A DNA stretch of 63,941 nucleotides, the filler included, from Octopus bimaculoides (lineage: Eukaryota), in the NCBI RefSeq assembly GCF_001194135.2. It is 8 parts of 8 records of this genome, joined end to end, with 100 filler letters (N's around TTAATTAATTAA, not from the genome) between each part and the next. Parts side by side here need not be neighbours in the genome. Positions count along the whole stretch, not along the records: positions 50,029 to 62,142 come from NC_068982.1; positions 62,243 to 63,941 come from NC_068985.1; 6 more parts are not named here. One strand, written 5' to 3'. A program made the translations under genes and the position numbers. Under the pieces are notes generated by a model. The model saw only the letters and a program-made list of their open reading frames with translations, did not search any database and was not told the origin of the DNA. Positions 49,929 through 63,830 of the stretch are shown here, one piece after another; position 1 is the stretch's first letter; the number at the start of each line of letters is the position of its first letter.

Positions 49929-51452
49929 NNNNNNNNNNNNNNNNNNNNNNNNNNNNNNNNNNNNNNNNNNNNTTAATTAATTAANNNNNNNNNNNNNNNN
50001 NNNNNNNNNNNNNNNNNNNNNNNNNNNNATATATATATATACGTGTGTGTATGTATGTGCGTGTGTATGAGTGAGTGAGTGAGTGAGTGAGTAAGAGAGT
50101 GAGTGAGTGTGTGTGTGTGTGTATAAAAGAATGTATGGGTCTATGTATTTCTGTACAAATTGATAGTTAAAGACGTACGACAAACTAACAGAAAGAACAA
50201 AAGACAGACCCGGGTAAACCTATTTCATCAGTCAACTGTCGTTCCAAAACTCGGAGGTCTTTGGCGCTCAGAGAAAATCAAACACACACACACATCGCGC
50301 ACGTACGCACACACATGCACACACGCACGCACACACACATGCTCACACACACGCTCACATATGTATATGTGCGCGCGCATGTTCATGTTTTGTGTGTGAT
50401 TTTTTCTGTGTTCCTTCTGTACAATTTTTCAATCAAATGTGTGAACGTGTGTGTGGGTGTGGGTATGTGTATGTATGTATTTATGCATATGCATGTAAAT
50501 ATATATGTATATGTATGTTATATATATATATATATNNNNNNNNNNNNNNNNNNNNNNNNNNNNNNNNNNNNNNNNNNNNNNNNNNNNNNNNNNNNNNNNN
50601 NNNNNNNNNNNNNNNNNNNNNNNNNNNNNNNNNNNNNNNNNNNNNNNNNNNNNNNNNNNNNNNNNNNNNNNNNNNNNNNNNNNNNNNNNNNNNNNNNNNN
50701 NNNNNNNNNNNNNNNNNNNNNNNNNNNNNNNNNNNNNNNNNNNNNNNNNNNNNNNNNNNNNNNNNNNNNNNNNNNNNNNNNNNNNNNNNNNNNNNNNNNN
50801 NNNNNNNNNNNNNNNNNNNNNNNNNNNNNNNNNNNNNNNNNNNNNNNNNNNTGTGTGTGTGTGTGTGTGTGTGTGCTTGTGTGTGTGTGCTTGTGTGTGT
50901 GTGCTTGTGTGTGTGTATTTAATATACGTACATCCATGAATATATGTGTAAGTTTGTATGTAAGTACTGAAAGAGAGAGAGAGGGGAAGGAGGGAGAGGA
51001 AGTCAGACCAATCTGTAGTCAGACAAAGCATATTAAAATCTACTCTTGCCAAACTGTTTACAAGAAGGAATTGGGTTTCACTCAGCAAACACAATTAACA
51101 ACCGACTCAGTGTCGATTGGTTGATTCAACTCCACCACAAACGTGTCTCTTCGCGAAAGAATGCTTGCCACGAATCTGAACAGAATCCATTTCATTGCGT
51201 GAAGACACGTACAGGTTCCAACGAGGTTGAGGAATATGGCAATATTCGATCATAGTCTGTAGCCCCTCGATGTGTTCCGTATTTCTAAGTTTTCAAATTT
51301 TAAAGATAATTTAACTAAGAAGGGTTGTGGATAACTCTAATATAGCAATAACATCATACACACAAGCATACATGCACGACATATATAACACACTATATAT
51401 AGCATAAATGTATGCCATATTTACATAAATGACACTAAATGTGTGTGTGTGA

Positions 51453-51490
<38 letters not shown>

Positions 51491-51706
51491 CTGTGTTTGT
51501 GTGTGTCTGTGTTTGTGTGTGTCTGTGTAAATATATTTGATAGCAGTCGAGCTGCAGTAGATTATATCGAACCAAAGATTTCATTTCTCAAGCGACGAAC
51601 CCCTCGATTTCTTCAGGGAACAGATGTAAAGAGAGAAAAATTTGACACGTATTGCACACGGTATTGGTCTTCAAATGACTGATTTTATCCATCTCACATT
51701 TATATG

Positions 51707-51771
<65 letters not shown>

Positions 51772-51859
51772 ACACACAGAGTTGTGTACATATGTGTGTG
51801 TGTATTGATACATGTATATAAGTTAAGTCATAAAAACAAAGTTAAAGTGGACGAATTTG

Positions 51860-52830
51860 AAAACTAGAGAAAAAGTGCAACTAAGATTATCACTAGAACG
51901 TATTGCAATGATAATGAGATGGCAGGAAGTAAATCAGTTTTGGGTAAGTCTGGAGTTAATAGTGTGTTGCGTAATAAGAACGTAGTAGTAACGGCGGATG
52001 AAGCAGCAGGGAATTTTGTTATCATAACAAAGTTTGGATTAGGTAGGGACTTTAACTTCGAATGTAATAGTACATATATGGTTGTACCTAATAATACAAA
52101 CGAGGTGATAAGAAAATTATTATGTGAAGTGGAAAAGTTGAGTGGTTTCAACATGGAAGAGAAGATAAGGTTATTCCGAACGTTTTTGGATTTCAAAATA
52201 ACACAAGGACTCCTTATAAAAGTTGATTTGTTGCAGGTGCCAGAAAATGTACGAGCAAACAGCTACTGAAGCATCAAATGTTATTAGGTCGTCTTTTATC
52301 GGGTAGCGTGTAAAAAGTCTTGAAATTCTGGTGTAAGCTTATTTTGGAGTAAAATGTCCAGTAACAATTTTTTACAGAAACTGCGAAGAATTAGAGTAGG
52401 CAGGACCCATGCATGTTTATGATTTTCCTACATTGTATATTAAACATGATTTGAAAAGAGTAAAGAAGATATATTTAGTATAATTGATATTGTATTTAAT
52501 TAAACGGTATAAATATATTTCTATAGAAATGGTGAAAGGTTTTTTCCATCTAAGTGTAGATATAATGGTTATAAATGCTTTAATAAAAATAGACTAAGTG
52601 AGATTGTCAATATCAATTGTTAATAACGCATGTGTTACATTTGTTGGGAAAACTTTTAGACAAATCAAGTGATTTCGATGAGCAGAATCAGGCCGGAATG
52701 TTTTTGAACAAAAGTAAAATTAGAATTCCGAAATTGTAGAACCAATCTTATGTTGGAATGTTCCCAGAAATATAGAAAAGCATTTAAAATTTTCAATAGT
52801 AAATAAGACATTTATTATAACAGCCTTTCC
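51860..52830 (+). mobile_element. Penelope-like (Naiad-type) reverse transcriptase relic
   Basis: VVVTADEAAGNFVII, PYKS*FVAGARKCTSKQL, YDFPTLY (52418-52438) and NACVTFVGKTFRQI resemble the recalled PADKA.NN / PYK.RFIAG..KC / FDFSTLY / FGG.VFQQ motifs. Confidence 0.65.
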
Positions 52831-52844
52831 TATAATCTAATTCT

Positions 52845-53198
52845 TTTATTTGTTTCAGTCACTTGACTGTGACCATGCTGGAGCCCCACCTTTAGTTAGT
52901 TGAAGAAATCGACCCCAACACTTATTCTTTGCAAACCTAAATTACGGGGACGTAAACACACCAACATCGGTTGTCAAGCAATGGTTGGGGAACAAATACA
53001 GACACACAAACACCCACACACACACACATATGTATACGACGGGCTTCTTTCAGTTTCCCTCTACCAAATCCACTCACAAGGTTTTGGTCGGCCCGAGGCT
53101 ATAGTAGAAGACACTTGCCCAAGGTACCACGCAGTGGGATTGATCCCGGAGCCATGTGGCTGGTAAGCAAGCTACTTACCACAGCCACTCCTGCGCCT
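52845..53198 (-). mobile_element. SINE family C, full length
   Basis: Head aggcgcaggagtggctgtggtaagtagcttgcttacc at the right end, tail at the left end. Confidence 0.9.
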
Positions 53199-53449
53199 AA
53201 CAATCATAATTTTTCTAAAATTTTATAGATTACACAAATAGCTAGATAACTAAATGTCGTTACACAGAATTTCTGTTTATATTTATTCTTTCCTTATATT
53301 CTAAGCTGGTTTTTCTAAAAATATTAAATTTTTTCGTTTACATATTTGTTTTGCAAGATTTTTTTCTTAACGTTCTTTTTGTATACTTTCATGTATTACA
53401 TTTGACTTTGAATTTAGTCTTTTGGGGGTTACCTTCAGAACATTGTGTA

Positions 53450-53816
53450 AGTATAAATCGGATATATTGGTTCGATTTGTATTTTATAACTCTATCTAAA
53501 AATATGTTGCCACAATAGAAATGATTATCGGGAATGTATGGGGCAATCATCAATGAGAGATGTAATTTTCTCCATTAACAAATTAATATGGTCCTTTTCA
53601 CCGAGGGTTATAAAGAAGAAAAGGCATAAATAATTGGCTTTATACATTTATTTATTTGTGCATTGTAGACTTACAACCATTTCTGATATACATTTTGGTT
53701 GAGTCAATGGTTTTGTTGAATGTACGACTGTTTAAAATGCTATCGACTTCGGAGTCTGCACTTCAAGTCATGTACAAAGTCCATTATTTATGCATTTTCT
53801 TGTATACCACCCTGTA
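53450..53816 (-). mobile_element. Possible Tc1/mariner-type remnant
   Basis: TA-CAGGGTGG terminal-like motif at 53816-53807; otherwise degenerate. Confidence 0.3.
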
Positions 53817-53997
53817 AAAACAAATTAACATGGTAAAGCAGCCTTGGATTTTAAAAAATCAACTGGTGATAGACTTCGACTTCGGATCTCGCCTTAGGAT
53901 TACCTGGAGTTCTATACCAATCAAAAAACCTTTTTGTTAACCAGATCTATTTGTATCAACAGAGAGACCTTTATAATCCCTTATTAATAACTCTTTA

Positions 53998-54033
<36 letters not shown>

Positions 54034-54919
54034 TCCATACATACATGCATACATACATAAATATATGCATACACACACACATATATGTATATATATTACA
54101 TATATATATATATTTNNNNNNNNNNNNNNNNNNNNNNNNNNNNNNNNNNNNNNNNNNNNNNNNNNNNNNNNNNNNNNNNNNNNNNNNNNNNNNNNNNNNN
54201 NNNNNNNNNNNNNNNNNNNNNNNNNNNNNNNNNNNNNNNNNNNNNNNNNNNNNNNNNNNNNNNNNNNNNNNNNNNNNNNNNNNNNNNNNNNNNNNNNNNN
54301 NNNNNNNNNNNNNNNNNNNNNNNNNNNNNNNNNNNNNNNNNNNNNNNNNNNNNNNNNNNNNNNNNNNNNNNNNNNNNNNNNNNNNNNNNNNNNNNNNNNN
54401 NNNNNNNNNNNNNNNNNNNNNNNNNNNNNNNNNNNNNNNNNNNNNNNNNNNNNNNNNNNNNNNNNNNNNNNNNNNNNNNNNNNNNNNNNNNNNNNNNNNN
54501 NNNNNNNNNNNNNNNNNNNNNNNNNNNNNNNNNNNNNNNNNNNNNATATAAATATCTCTCACATACACAATACTCACTCACATACATAACACACACGCAC
54601 GCACGAAAACATACACAATATACACATACACTCACGCACAAAAAATATACACATACACACACACGCACACACCCACATACACACACACACTTCTCACCAA
54701 CACTACACACTCACACAGACACGCATACAATCACACACACATGGGCAAAAACAACACACGCACATACAATAGCAAACGCACGCACACACACGTACACAGC
54801 AACGCACATATACACAACATACACATACACACAAACACACACGCACGCACAAAAACATACACATACACACACCAAGTGTTGTAAAATATATTGGCTTCAA
54901 ATGTTGTCATAACGTCTGA

Positions 54920-55356
54920 AATTTTGTGGTAGGGGACTAGTAGATTACATTGAGTTTCATTGTTAACTGGTATTTATTTTATCGACCCCGAAAGGATGAA
55001 AGGCAAAGTCTACCTCGGTGGAGTTTGAACTCAGAATGTAAAGACGGACGAAATGCGGTTATGCATTTTCCCCCGGCGTGTTAATGATTTTGCCAGCTCG
55101 CTGCCTTGAAAAAGAAAAGAAAGAAAAGAAAAAAGTAAATATTAGCTTCAAATTTTGGCACAAGGCCAGCAAGTTCAGGGGAGGGGTTAAGTCAATAACA
55201 TCAACCCCAATAATCAACTGGTATTTAGTTTATTGACCCCGAAAGGATGAAAGGCAAAGTCGACTTCGGCGGAATTTAAACTCAAAGCATAAAGACGGAC
55301 GAAATGCTGCTAAGCATTTTGCCCGGTATCCTAACGATTCTGCCCGCTCGCCGCCT
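54920..55356 (-). mobile_element. Two tandem SINE family A copies
   Basis: Heads end at about 55108 and 55356. Confidence 0.85.
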
Positions 55357-55580
55357 TTAAAAGTTGCAAGATATATTTAAAAATATGTTTTGTACAGAGC
55401 AAATATTATCTCTCATATGGAACTCAATACTTTGGGTAGCTATGTTTATTGTATAAAAAGCTGAGGCTTGTCAGATTTGAAACCCAGGATGGGTTGTTCA
55501 TGTCAGTCATGAACAGAGAGGAATGATACTCAGTGAGGACTGTCAATATCTGCTATAATAAGCACACGCACGCACGTACC

Positions 55581-55613
<33 letters not shown>

Positions 55614-55970
55614 CGCAACACACATATACAACACACACACATACGCATACGCACACAAATGCACAGACACATATACAAATGCATGTGAGCATGCTAAAAG
55701 CGTGCTTCGGTAGATCCTTAATTGCTCCCAAATGTTGCGTTACTTGTCTGAAAGTGAATTCATAGTATTAACTGGAATAATTAAAGGAGATGCTCTAGTA
55801 ACATAAGTAATTGCGTCAATTGAAGAACTTCTCTGAAATAATTCCGTTTAAGTTGAGTTTAATAATGCCAAATATTCTAAGTGGAATTTCAAGACACTTG
55901 AATCTTGACGAGTTTATTTTAGAAATATCAGAGAAAAATCTGGAAGTGGCAAACAAAAATAAACACATAT

Positions 55971-56077
<107 letters not shown>

Positions 56078-56291
56078 CATGCGTGCGTGTGCATGTGCGT
56101 GTGTGCGTGTATGTGTGTGCGTGTATGTGTGTGCGTGTATGTGTGTGCGTATGAATACATTCAAAAATATGCAGGTATCACACATACTTTTAAGAAACTG
56201 TGCTTGATTATAACAATATATTGCACATGTTGCGCGTGTATGTCTGTCTATATATACAAATATATATACACGCACACACACACACACACAC

Positions 56292-56322
<31 letters not shown>

Positions 56323-56459
56323 TAGATGACACCAAAAGAATTTAGAAACTTCGGGAGGACGTCGAATAATTCTTTATTGGAACGGTGAAACTCGAATCAA
56401 ATAAAGCTATAAACAATAGCGTGTAAATATTGGGATATATATATGTATATATGAGACAG

Positions 56460-57375
56460 TAATAGACAGTGGAGTGTCCTAGGGAACTGTATTGAGGCCG
56501 TTGCTGTTCACGGTGGCTCTTCCAGACATGCCATCAGTTACACAGATAGCCACACTTACTAGCTATGCCGACGACACAAAAGTGTACAAGCAGTCAAGGA
56601 ACCTTCTGATGCTAATTTTCTACAGAAAGACCTAGATGCCATATATATATGGGCTGCGGACAACAACATGCAATTTAATGCAGGCAAATTCCAAGACCTC
56701 CGTTTCCAGCTAATTGGTGCTCAGAAATCACAACAACGATACTCTAGACCAAAGGAGCGGCAATCCTAGAATCACATACAGTGCCTCATCTTGAGATTGA
56801 TATAAGCAATGATGCCCCGTTTCATATGCATATCACCAAGATGGTGACAGTGTGCAAGCGAATGCCTGGATGGATTCTGAGAACCTTCAGAACAAGGAAG
56901 CTATGATGGTCATATGGAGGACATTTGTCCTCAGCCGTCTGAACTGCTGCTCTCTTACGGTGTAGGATTAATAACAGAACTTCAGGCGGTTCATCGATGC
57001 TACACGAGGAAGAATGCATCAATAGAACAGCTGAGCTACTGGGAGAGACTGAGAGAGCTACGACTCTACTCCCTGCAGCGAAGATGGGAGAGGTATGCAA
57101 TGATATATGTGTGGAAGATATTGGAGGGGCTGGTACCAAACTTTGGAATTCAGAATTATACCAGACCTCGAACTGGATGTCACTGCACTGTTCCAAAAGT
57201 CCCAGCTGTCTCATCTAAGGCGACAACAACATACTGCAATAGTTTGAGATTCAGGAGCCTGCAGCTATTTAACGCCTTTCCAAAGCATCTGCGGGATCTC
57301 CATGGATTGGGGATTGAATGTTTTCAAGAAACAACTTGACCTCTTGCTATCCCAGATCCCAGAAGAACCAATATC
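56460..57375 (+). mobile_element. CR1-group LINE RT and 3' fragment
   Basis: SGVS*GTVLRPLLF...SYADDTK...NNMQFNAGKF...ELRLYSLQRRWERY; frameshifted. Confidence 0.85.
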
Positions 57376-57454
57376 TGACTGTATATTCTATTTCTTTTCA
57401 GACTACCTTATTGTATTGAAAATAATGTAAAGTAACCCCCATCATAATAGCATA

Positions 57455-58950
57455 ATATAACTCTAAAAGAAAACAAATTACACAAACATTACTCGAAAAA
57501 AGTCAAATTCTAGAAAAATTAGATACAGGAATTGCAAATAGTGATATATTGAAAGATTTTAAGATTGGAAGGCGCACACTGTTCTACAGGGAGGAAATAT
57601 TGAATGCTGCTCCTCTCTCTTAGAATTTAAAAAAGCAAATCAAAAGAAGGACCCTTCATGGGCCAAAGTAAGTTGAATTCGATAAAATATTACATGAATG
57701 GTCTTTATCGAAGCGAAATGAAGGTATAGCACTATCGGGACGAATGTTAATTGCTAAAGCAAAGTCTCTTGAGGAAGAGTTGAATATCACAAGGAATATG
57801 AAATTAAACCAAGGCTGGCTTAGGAGTTTTAAGAGTAGACATGATATACGGCAATTAACAATTTCAGGTGAATCAGATGAGCAAAAGATAAAAGGATTTA
57901 AATAGAAATAAAAACAGACTTACAGTGATAGAATGTGCTAATGCTTCTGGAACTCACAAACTTAAGCTTCTTATCATTGGCAAATCTAAGTATCCCTGAG
58001 CATTGAAAGGAGTTTCACATTTACCAGTATCATATTATTCTTCAAAAAATGGATGGATGTATCGACACTTGTTCACAGAATGATCCATACAAGAATTTGC
58101 GCCAGCTGTACAAAAGCACTCTCGCGAATTAGGTAAATCTGATCCAAAGTGTCTACTGCGATTAGACAATTGTAGAATACATCCTCACGAGACAAAATTA
58201 GTGTCATCGTGCGGGAATGTTTTTGCGTGCTACTTACCACCACATGTGACATCTTTCATACAACCTATGGAGCAAGAGATTATTTGGAACTTAAAATGTT
58301 TCTACAGAAATTATTTTATGATGAATATGATAAATAGCAATGTTAGTATAGTATAGGCGATTTCTAGCGGAATTTTACCATCAAAGATGCCATTTTTCCC
58401 CTCGCAAGAGCATGGAATTAGTTTCGAGCAGGCACATTAACAAAAGCGTGGGGAAAACTATACCCAGCATCTAGTGCTCCCGAAGTGAAAGAAGCAGAGA
58501 ATGAATCTGGAGTACAAAATATTCTTGAAACTACACAATTTCCAACCGAATACACTGTTCTTCAATCACTTGATGCAAATGAAATTGAAATGGGGGTGTG
58601 ACAAGATGAAGAAACCATTGAACAATGTCCTGGAAAAAAAATAATAGTCATGAAATAAGCGACAGCGACAGCTCCCATTCGAGTGAGTCTAATGTAAATG
58701 GCCAAGAACACTGAAATGAGGAAATTTCATAGGATAATGCAGAAAAGTCTATGGAGTTAGTGATAACATTTCTAGAAAGAAATCCTGACTTTAGTGACAA
58801 CTATGTTTTGCAAGCAATGTCACTTCGAAAGGATATGATCATAAAGAGACTACAGCACAAGGAAATAGTGGAATTTCGTGATCGCTTGAGGAATGCAATG
58901 GTAGCCCCTGAGAGTTCAACAAATGAAGACAGAAGCTCATTCAATGAATG
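57455..58950 (+). mobile_element. pogo/Tigger (CENP-B-like) transposase relic
   Basis: [70 protein letters not shown] and YLPPHVTSFIQPMEQ; many stops. Confidence 0.85.
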
Positions 58951-59009
58951 AATAAAAGTATTGTACATAGGGGATTCGTTCTTAAATGCAGATAATTAAA
59001 ATTAATTAA

Positions 59010-59460
59010 AATGACAGATCTATCGGACTTTCAATGAAGGTCAAATTGAGTATTTTTTTGCAAAAATATTCATAACCCTAACCCTAACCCTAATCCTAAC
59101 TCTGAACCCTAACCCTGAAACCCTAAAGCTAAAACCAGTACAAATGCACGAACGATGTCATAAATAATAGTACCACCGATAGTTGTTGTTGACAAATAAC
59201 GGCACTAATTTTATTCAAGGGAAAAGATCCCATTACACCGGTAGATCGTGTTGTTTACATTCCAGAGCAGTAATTGTTTTCACCTCAATAGACGTCATTG
59301 ATTGGTTGAAATTACCGAAATACGACAAAAATTTTCTCAATAACACTAAGTGTAGAATATGTTTTATATGACACATTCTACCAGTGTCCCAAGATTGAAA
59401 GTGTTTCGTTAAGAAAACAAGTGGCGCCCGCCAAATCAGAAAGATCCGTTTAAATGACCA
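59010..59460. mobile_element. Dispersed non-autonomous element containing a telomere-like (AACCCT)n tract at about 59075-59130
   Basis: taaccctaaccctaaccctaatcctaactctgaaccctaaccctgaaaccctaaa; the right half is repeated at 30008-30180. Confidence 0.55.
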
Positions 59461-59791
59461 AACTCCAACGAATCATCAAAGTAACAGGTAACGTTCATAT
59501 TCGGTTCTGCAGGTCTTTGTTGAGTTAATGATATATATTTTTTTGTAAGTAAAACTATTTTATAGAAGTTTTTATGTACAAACTATATTTATTATACTAT
59601 ACCTTGAAACTGTGCGGACTGAGTTCCCTTTGTTAGTCTACTGGCATAAAGAATTCTATCTTGTTAGTCTTACGCTTCTAAATTAGGGGGATGAGGTTGT
59701 AGAGTCGTTTTGGTGTACTGGTTGGCACGGGCATCAGGTTCGACTGGCGTATGCAAACAGTCTTGTCTTTTCTACATATGTGGATATGCGA

Positions 59792-59831
<40 letters not shown>

Positions 59832-60363
59832 NNNNNNNNNNNNNNNNNNNNNNNNNNNNNNNNNNNNNNNNNNNNNNNNNNNNNNNNNNNNNNNNNNNNN
59901 NNNNNNNNNNNNNNNNNNNNNNNNNNNNNNNNNNNNNNNNNNNNNNNNNNNNNNNNNNNNNNNNNNNNNNNNNNNNNNNNNNNNNNNNNNNNNNNNNNNN
60001 NNNNNNNNNNNNNNNNNNNNNNNNNNNNNNNNNNNNNNNNNNNNNNNNNNNNNNNNNNNNNNNNNNNNNNNNNNNNNNNNNNNNNNNNNNNNNNNNNNNN
60101 NNNNNNNNNNNNNNNNNNNNNNNNNNNNNNNNNNNNNNNNNNNNNNNNNNNNNNNNNNNNNNNNNNNNNNNNNNNNNNNNNNNNNNNNNNNNNNNNNNNN
60201 NNNNNNNNNNNNNNNNNNNNNNNNNNNNNNNNNNNNNNNNNNNNNNNNNNNNNNNNNNNNNNNNNNNNNNNNNNNNNNNNNNNNNNNNNNNNNNNNNNNN
60301 NNNNNNNNNNNNNNNNNNNNNNNNNNNNNNNNNNNNNNNNNNNNNNNNNNNNNNNNNNNNNNN

Positions 60364-60398
<35 letters not shown>

Positions 60399-60404
60399 AT
60401 ACTC

Positions 60405-60475
60405 TTTTGCTCTTTTACTTGTCTCAGTCATTTGACTGCGGCCATACTGTAGTACAGCCTTTAGTCGAGCAAAAC
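60405..60475 (-). mobile_element. SINE family C tail
   Basis: ctcttttacttgtctcagtcatttgactgcggccatactg. Confidence 0.7.
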
Positions 60476-60544
60476 CCCTCTCAGAAATAGTCGGTGGAAA
60501 AGACTGATTGATAGGTGGATGGAGAGATAGAGAGAGATATATTA

Positions 60545-60634
<90 letters not shown>

Positions 60635-60964
60635 TGTTAAAGTTTCACGTTTTCCAGCGCATGTTCAGGTATATATATCCACAACGATATTAGATTTGCG
60701 AAACATTATTTATCGTCTTTGTACATGTGCGTCGATGTGATTGCTTGTATAGATTTAGCACAATGTTTTCCTTGTTGGTTTCTCATTAACTCACACATAC
60801 GTGCGCACGCGCGCAAAGACCTCGTGCTTAAGTGTTTTGCGCAATAAACTTCAACATCCAATAACAACAATGTTGGTTTTAAGTTTTACTTCACTTAACG
60901 TGACGTCACTATATTTTAACCTCGACCTTTGCAATGGTATGGCCGCCATTAAAATTGGTGTGTT

Positions 60965-61243
60965 CTAGTAGTAGTGGCAGCAGAAGCAGCAGCAGCAATA
61001 ACAACGACAACAGCAATAACAACAACAGTAACAACAAGAAAAACTGTAACAGTAGTACCACTACAACAACACCAATAACAACACGATGCCAACAACAACA
61101 AAATAATACTACCAGCAACAACTATTACAACTACTACAACTATTAGTACTATAGCTACTACCACCACCATCACCACCACACTACTACTACAACCACTACT
61201 TCTACTACAACAACCACCACGGCTACAACTACTACTACTACTT

Positions 61244-61336
<93 letters not shown>

Positions 61337-61405
61337 GTAGTAATAGTAGTAGTAGTTGCAGCAGCAGCAGCAGAAGCGGCAGCAGCAAAAGCGGCAGCAG
61401 CAGCT

Positions 61406-61468
<63 letters not shown>

Positions 61469-61501
61469 ACAACAACAACAGCAAGAATAATAATGATGAT
61501 G

Positions 61502-61577
<76 letters not shown>

Positions 61578-61590
61578 AGATGATGATGAT
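60965..61590. repeat. Compound CAA/CTA/TAA/TAG/CAG trinucleotide tract
   Basis: Direct reading. Confidence 0.95.
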
Positions 61591-61689
61591 ACTGTCATTA
61601 CAGTAGCTGAAGCAACATTATTTAACAATTTTGGGAGGGAAGGCAGAAATGGAATTTCTTCCGCTTTAAGTCGAAGGTAAGATGAATGG

Positions 61690-61800
61690 TAACCGGAAGT
61701 TTAATTAATGCTCGTTGCCGTTCGTTTTATGAGGCCAATATCGGAACGTTTAGCAATGGAATGAGAGTAACACGTGACCTTTCGGAGTCAACCAATAGTG
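61690..61800. promoter_or_regulatory. Candidate core-promoter motif cluster
   Basis: CCGGAAGT at 61693-61700, CCAAT at 61735 and 61792, CACGTGAC at 61771-61778. Confidence 0.45.
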
Positions 61801-61930
61801 AAAGACTCCCGTTGTCTGGAAAAGGGAAAGTAGAAGGAGGGGAACAAGAAAACTAAAAGGTGAGAAAGGATAGGAGTGGGAAAGAAGGAAGGGAGGTGAG
61901 AAAGTGAGGAAAAAGACTTGTGAGGTGTGT

Positions 61931-61981
<51 letters not shown>

Positions 61982-62008
61982 TATAAACAACACATGTATA
62001 TGTACATG

Positions 62009-62039
<31 letters not shown>

Positions 62040-62101
62040 GCGTATGTATGTATACATGTATATATGAAGATGTGTGTGTCTGAGTATACACACAGTATAT
62101 A

Positions 62102-62142
<41 letters not shown>

Positions 62143-62242
62143 NNNNNNNNNNNNNNNNNNNNNNNNNNNNNNNNNNNNNNNNNNNNTTAATTAATTAANN
62201 NNNNNNNNNNNNNNNNNNNNNNNNNNNNNNNNNNNNNNNNNN

Positions 62243-62296
<54 letters not shown>

Positions 62297-63129
62297 GCGT
62301 ATATATACTTGCGTGTGTGTAAATGTGTGCGTGTCTGTGTCTGTGTTTCTATAAATATAGGTTGGTATGTCTGTAATTATATTTATTATATTTGTCTATG
62401 TATTCTATATGCATACGTATATGTATGGATGTATTCAATCGAACATGCCAGAATGCGTATACATGTATGTATATATTTATGTATGTTCCTGTGTATTCAG
62501 TCTGTATTTATTAGAATTTGTGTTTACATGGTACTCTACACCTCTACTATTTAGTATATGATGTTGGCAGGCAATTGGCAGAGTTGCTAGTGCGCAATAT
62601 GGATTGCTTTGCATTAGTTGCAATGGGTCTTCACGAACTGGTTTCAGATCCTGTTCAAGTCAACTCTAGTTGTCATCCCGTAGCTCTCGACTAAACAAAC
62701 CATCGCAGAATTTGTGGAATACATTCTTTTTCTCTCATTGTTTATTTTCTGTCTCTTTGTCCGCGTGACTTTCTGTTAACAATCTACTATGACCTTAAGT
62801 GAGATGTTTTCTCTCCGGTCTAAAAATATGCCTAAGACACGTTGTATATAACGTCCGCGCCCAACGATTCTGACAAGGCCAAAGTAATTCAAGGTTATAT
62901 GTCATGCTAGATTAAGTTGGATTTTTTCCGTTTCAAATGATAATCCTTATGGTATTAGAACATTTAAATACAAAGAAACCTGAAAGAAAAGAAATAAGAA
63001 AGAAAAGGAACAAAAAGTGGAGCTAAAGCAGCGGAAGATGGAGGTGAAGGGTCATGGGTCGCATACCCCAGAACAAGTGGCGTAATGAGTCTCACGCCGT
63101 GGTATGGACCATGATGACGTTACCGCGGA

Positions 63130-63830
63130 GAATGGTTACCAAGTTTACAAATTTTGGGGGCAACCTATTTTCCTTAGAATTAGCCACAGAGCATTTTGAT
63201 TAACAGTAACGAATGCCTTGCTTAAATCAACAAAGCAATGGTATAGAGCAAGTTTCTCTTCAATACACTTTTCCTGAAACTGTTTGATTGTAAAGATACA
63301 ATCAACTGAGCCTCTGGAGGAACGAAAACCACATTGAGACACCATATTTGGAACTATGAAGGTATTTAAACGTTCTAACAGAATGCAGTAGAGTACCTCT
63401 CCATCTACAGACAAAAGTGAAATCCCACAAAAATTGCCACACAAATCCTTTGGCCCTTATTTATACAAGGTGTCTAAAATGGAATCAGTCCAGTCTTGAA
63501 GTACTTCCTCAGTTCTCCAATAGTGACAAATTAGTATATATAACAGTTCAAACATTTTGACACCCCCATATTTCAAGACCGCTACACAGATTCCATCAGA
63601 CCCTGGAGACTTATTGTTATTCAGCTTATTCACAGCATGGTGAATGTCATTTAGAGTTGGTTCAAATGGCATCTCGTCTATAACTGGAAGGTGTGCGATC
63701 TATTCTGTCATCTTCATGTCAACAGATGATGGTCTATTCAAAATTGCAGAAAAATGTTCTACCCAGCGATTATGGATAGAAGCAGTATCAGTCAAAAGTA
63801 AATGTTCATTTGCTCTTCTCACTGGAGCTA
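63130..63830 (-). mobile_element. RTE LINE RT relic
   Basis: NNKSPGSDGI...QDW.DS...GISLLS...QCGFRSSRGSVDCIFTIKQFQEKC...FVDLSKAF. Confidence 0.85.
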
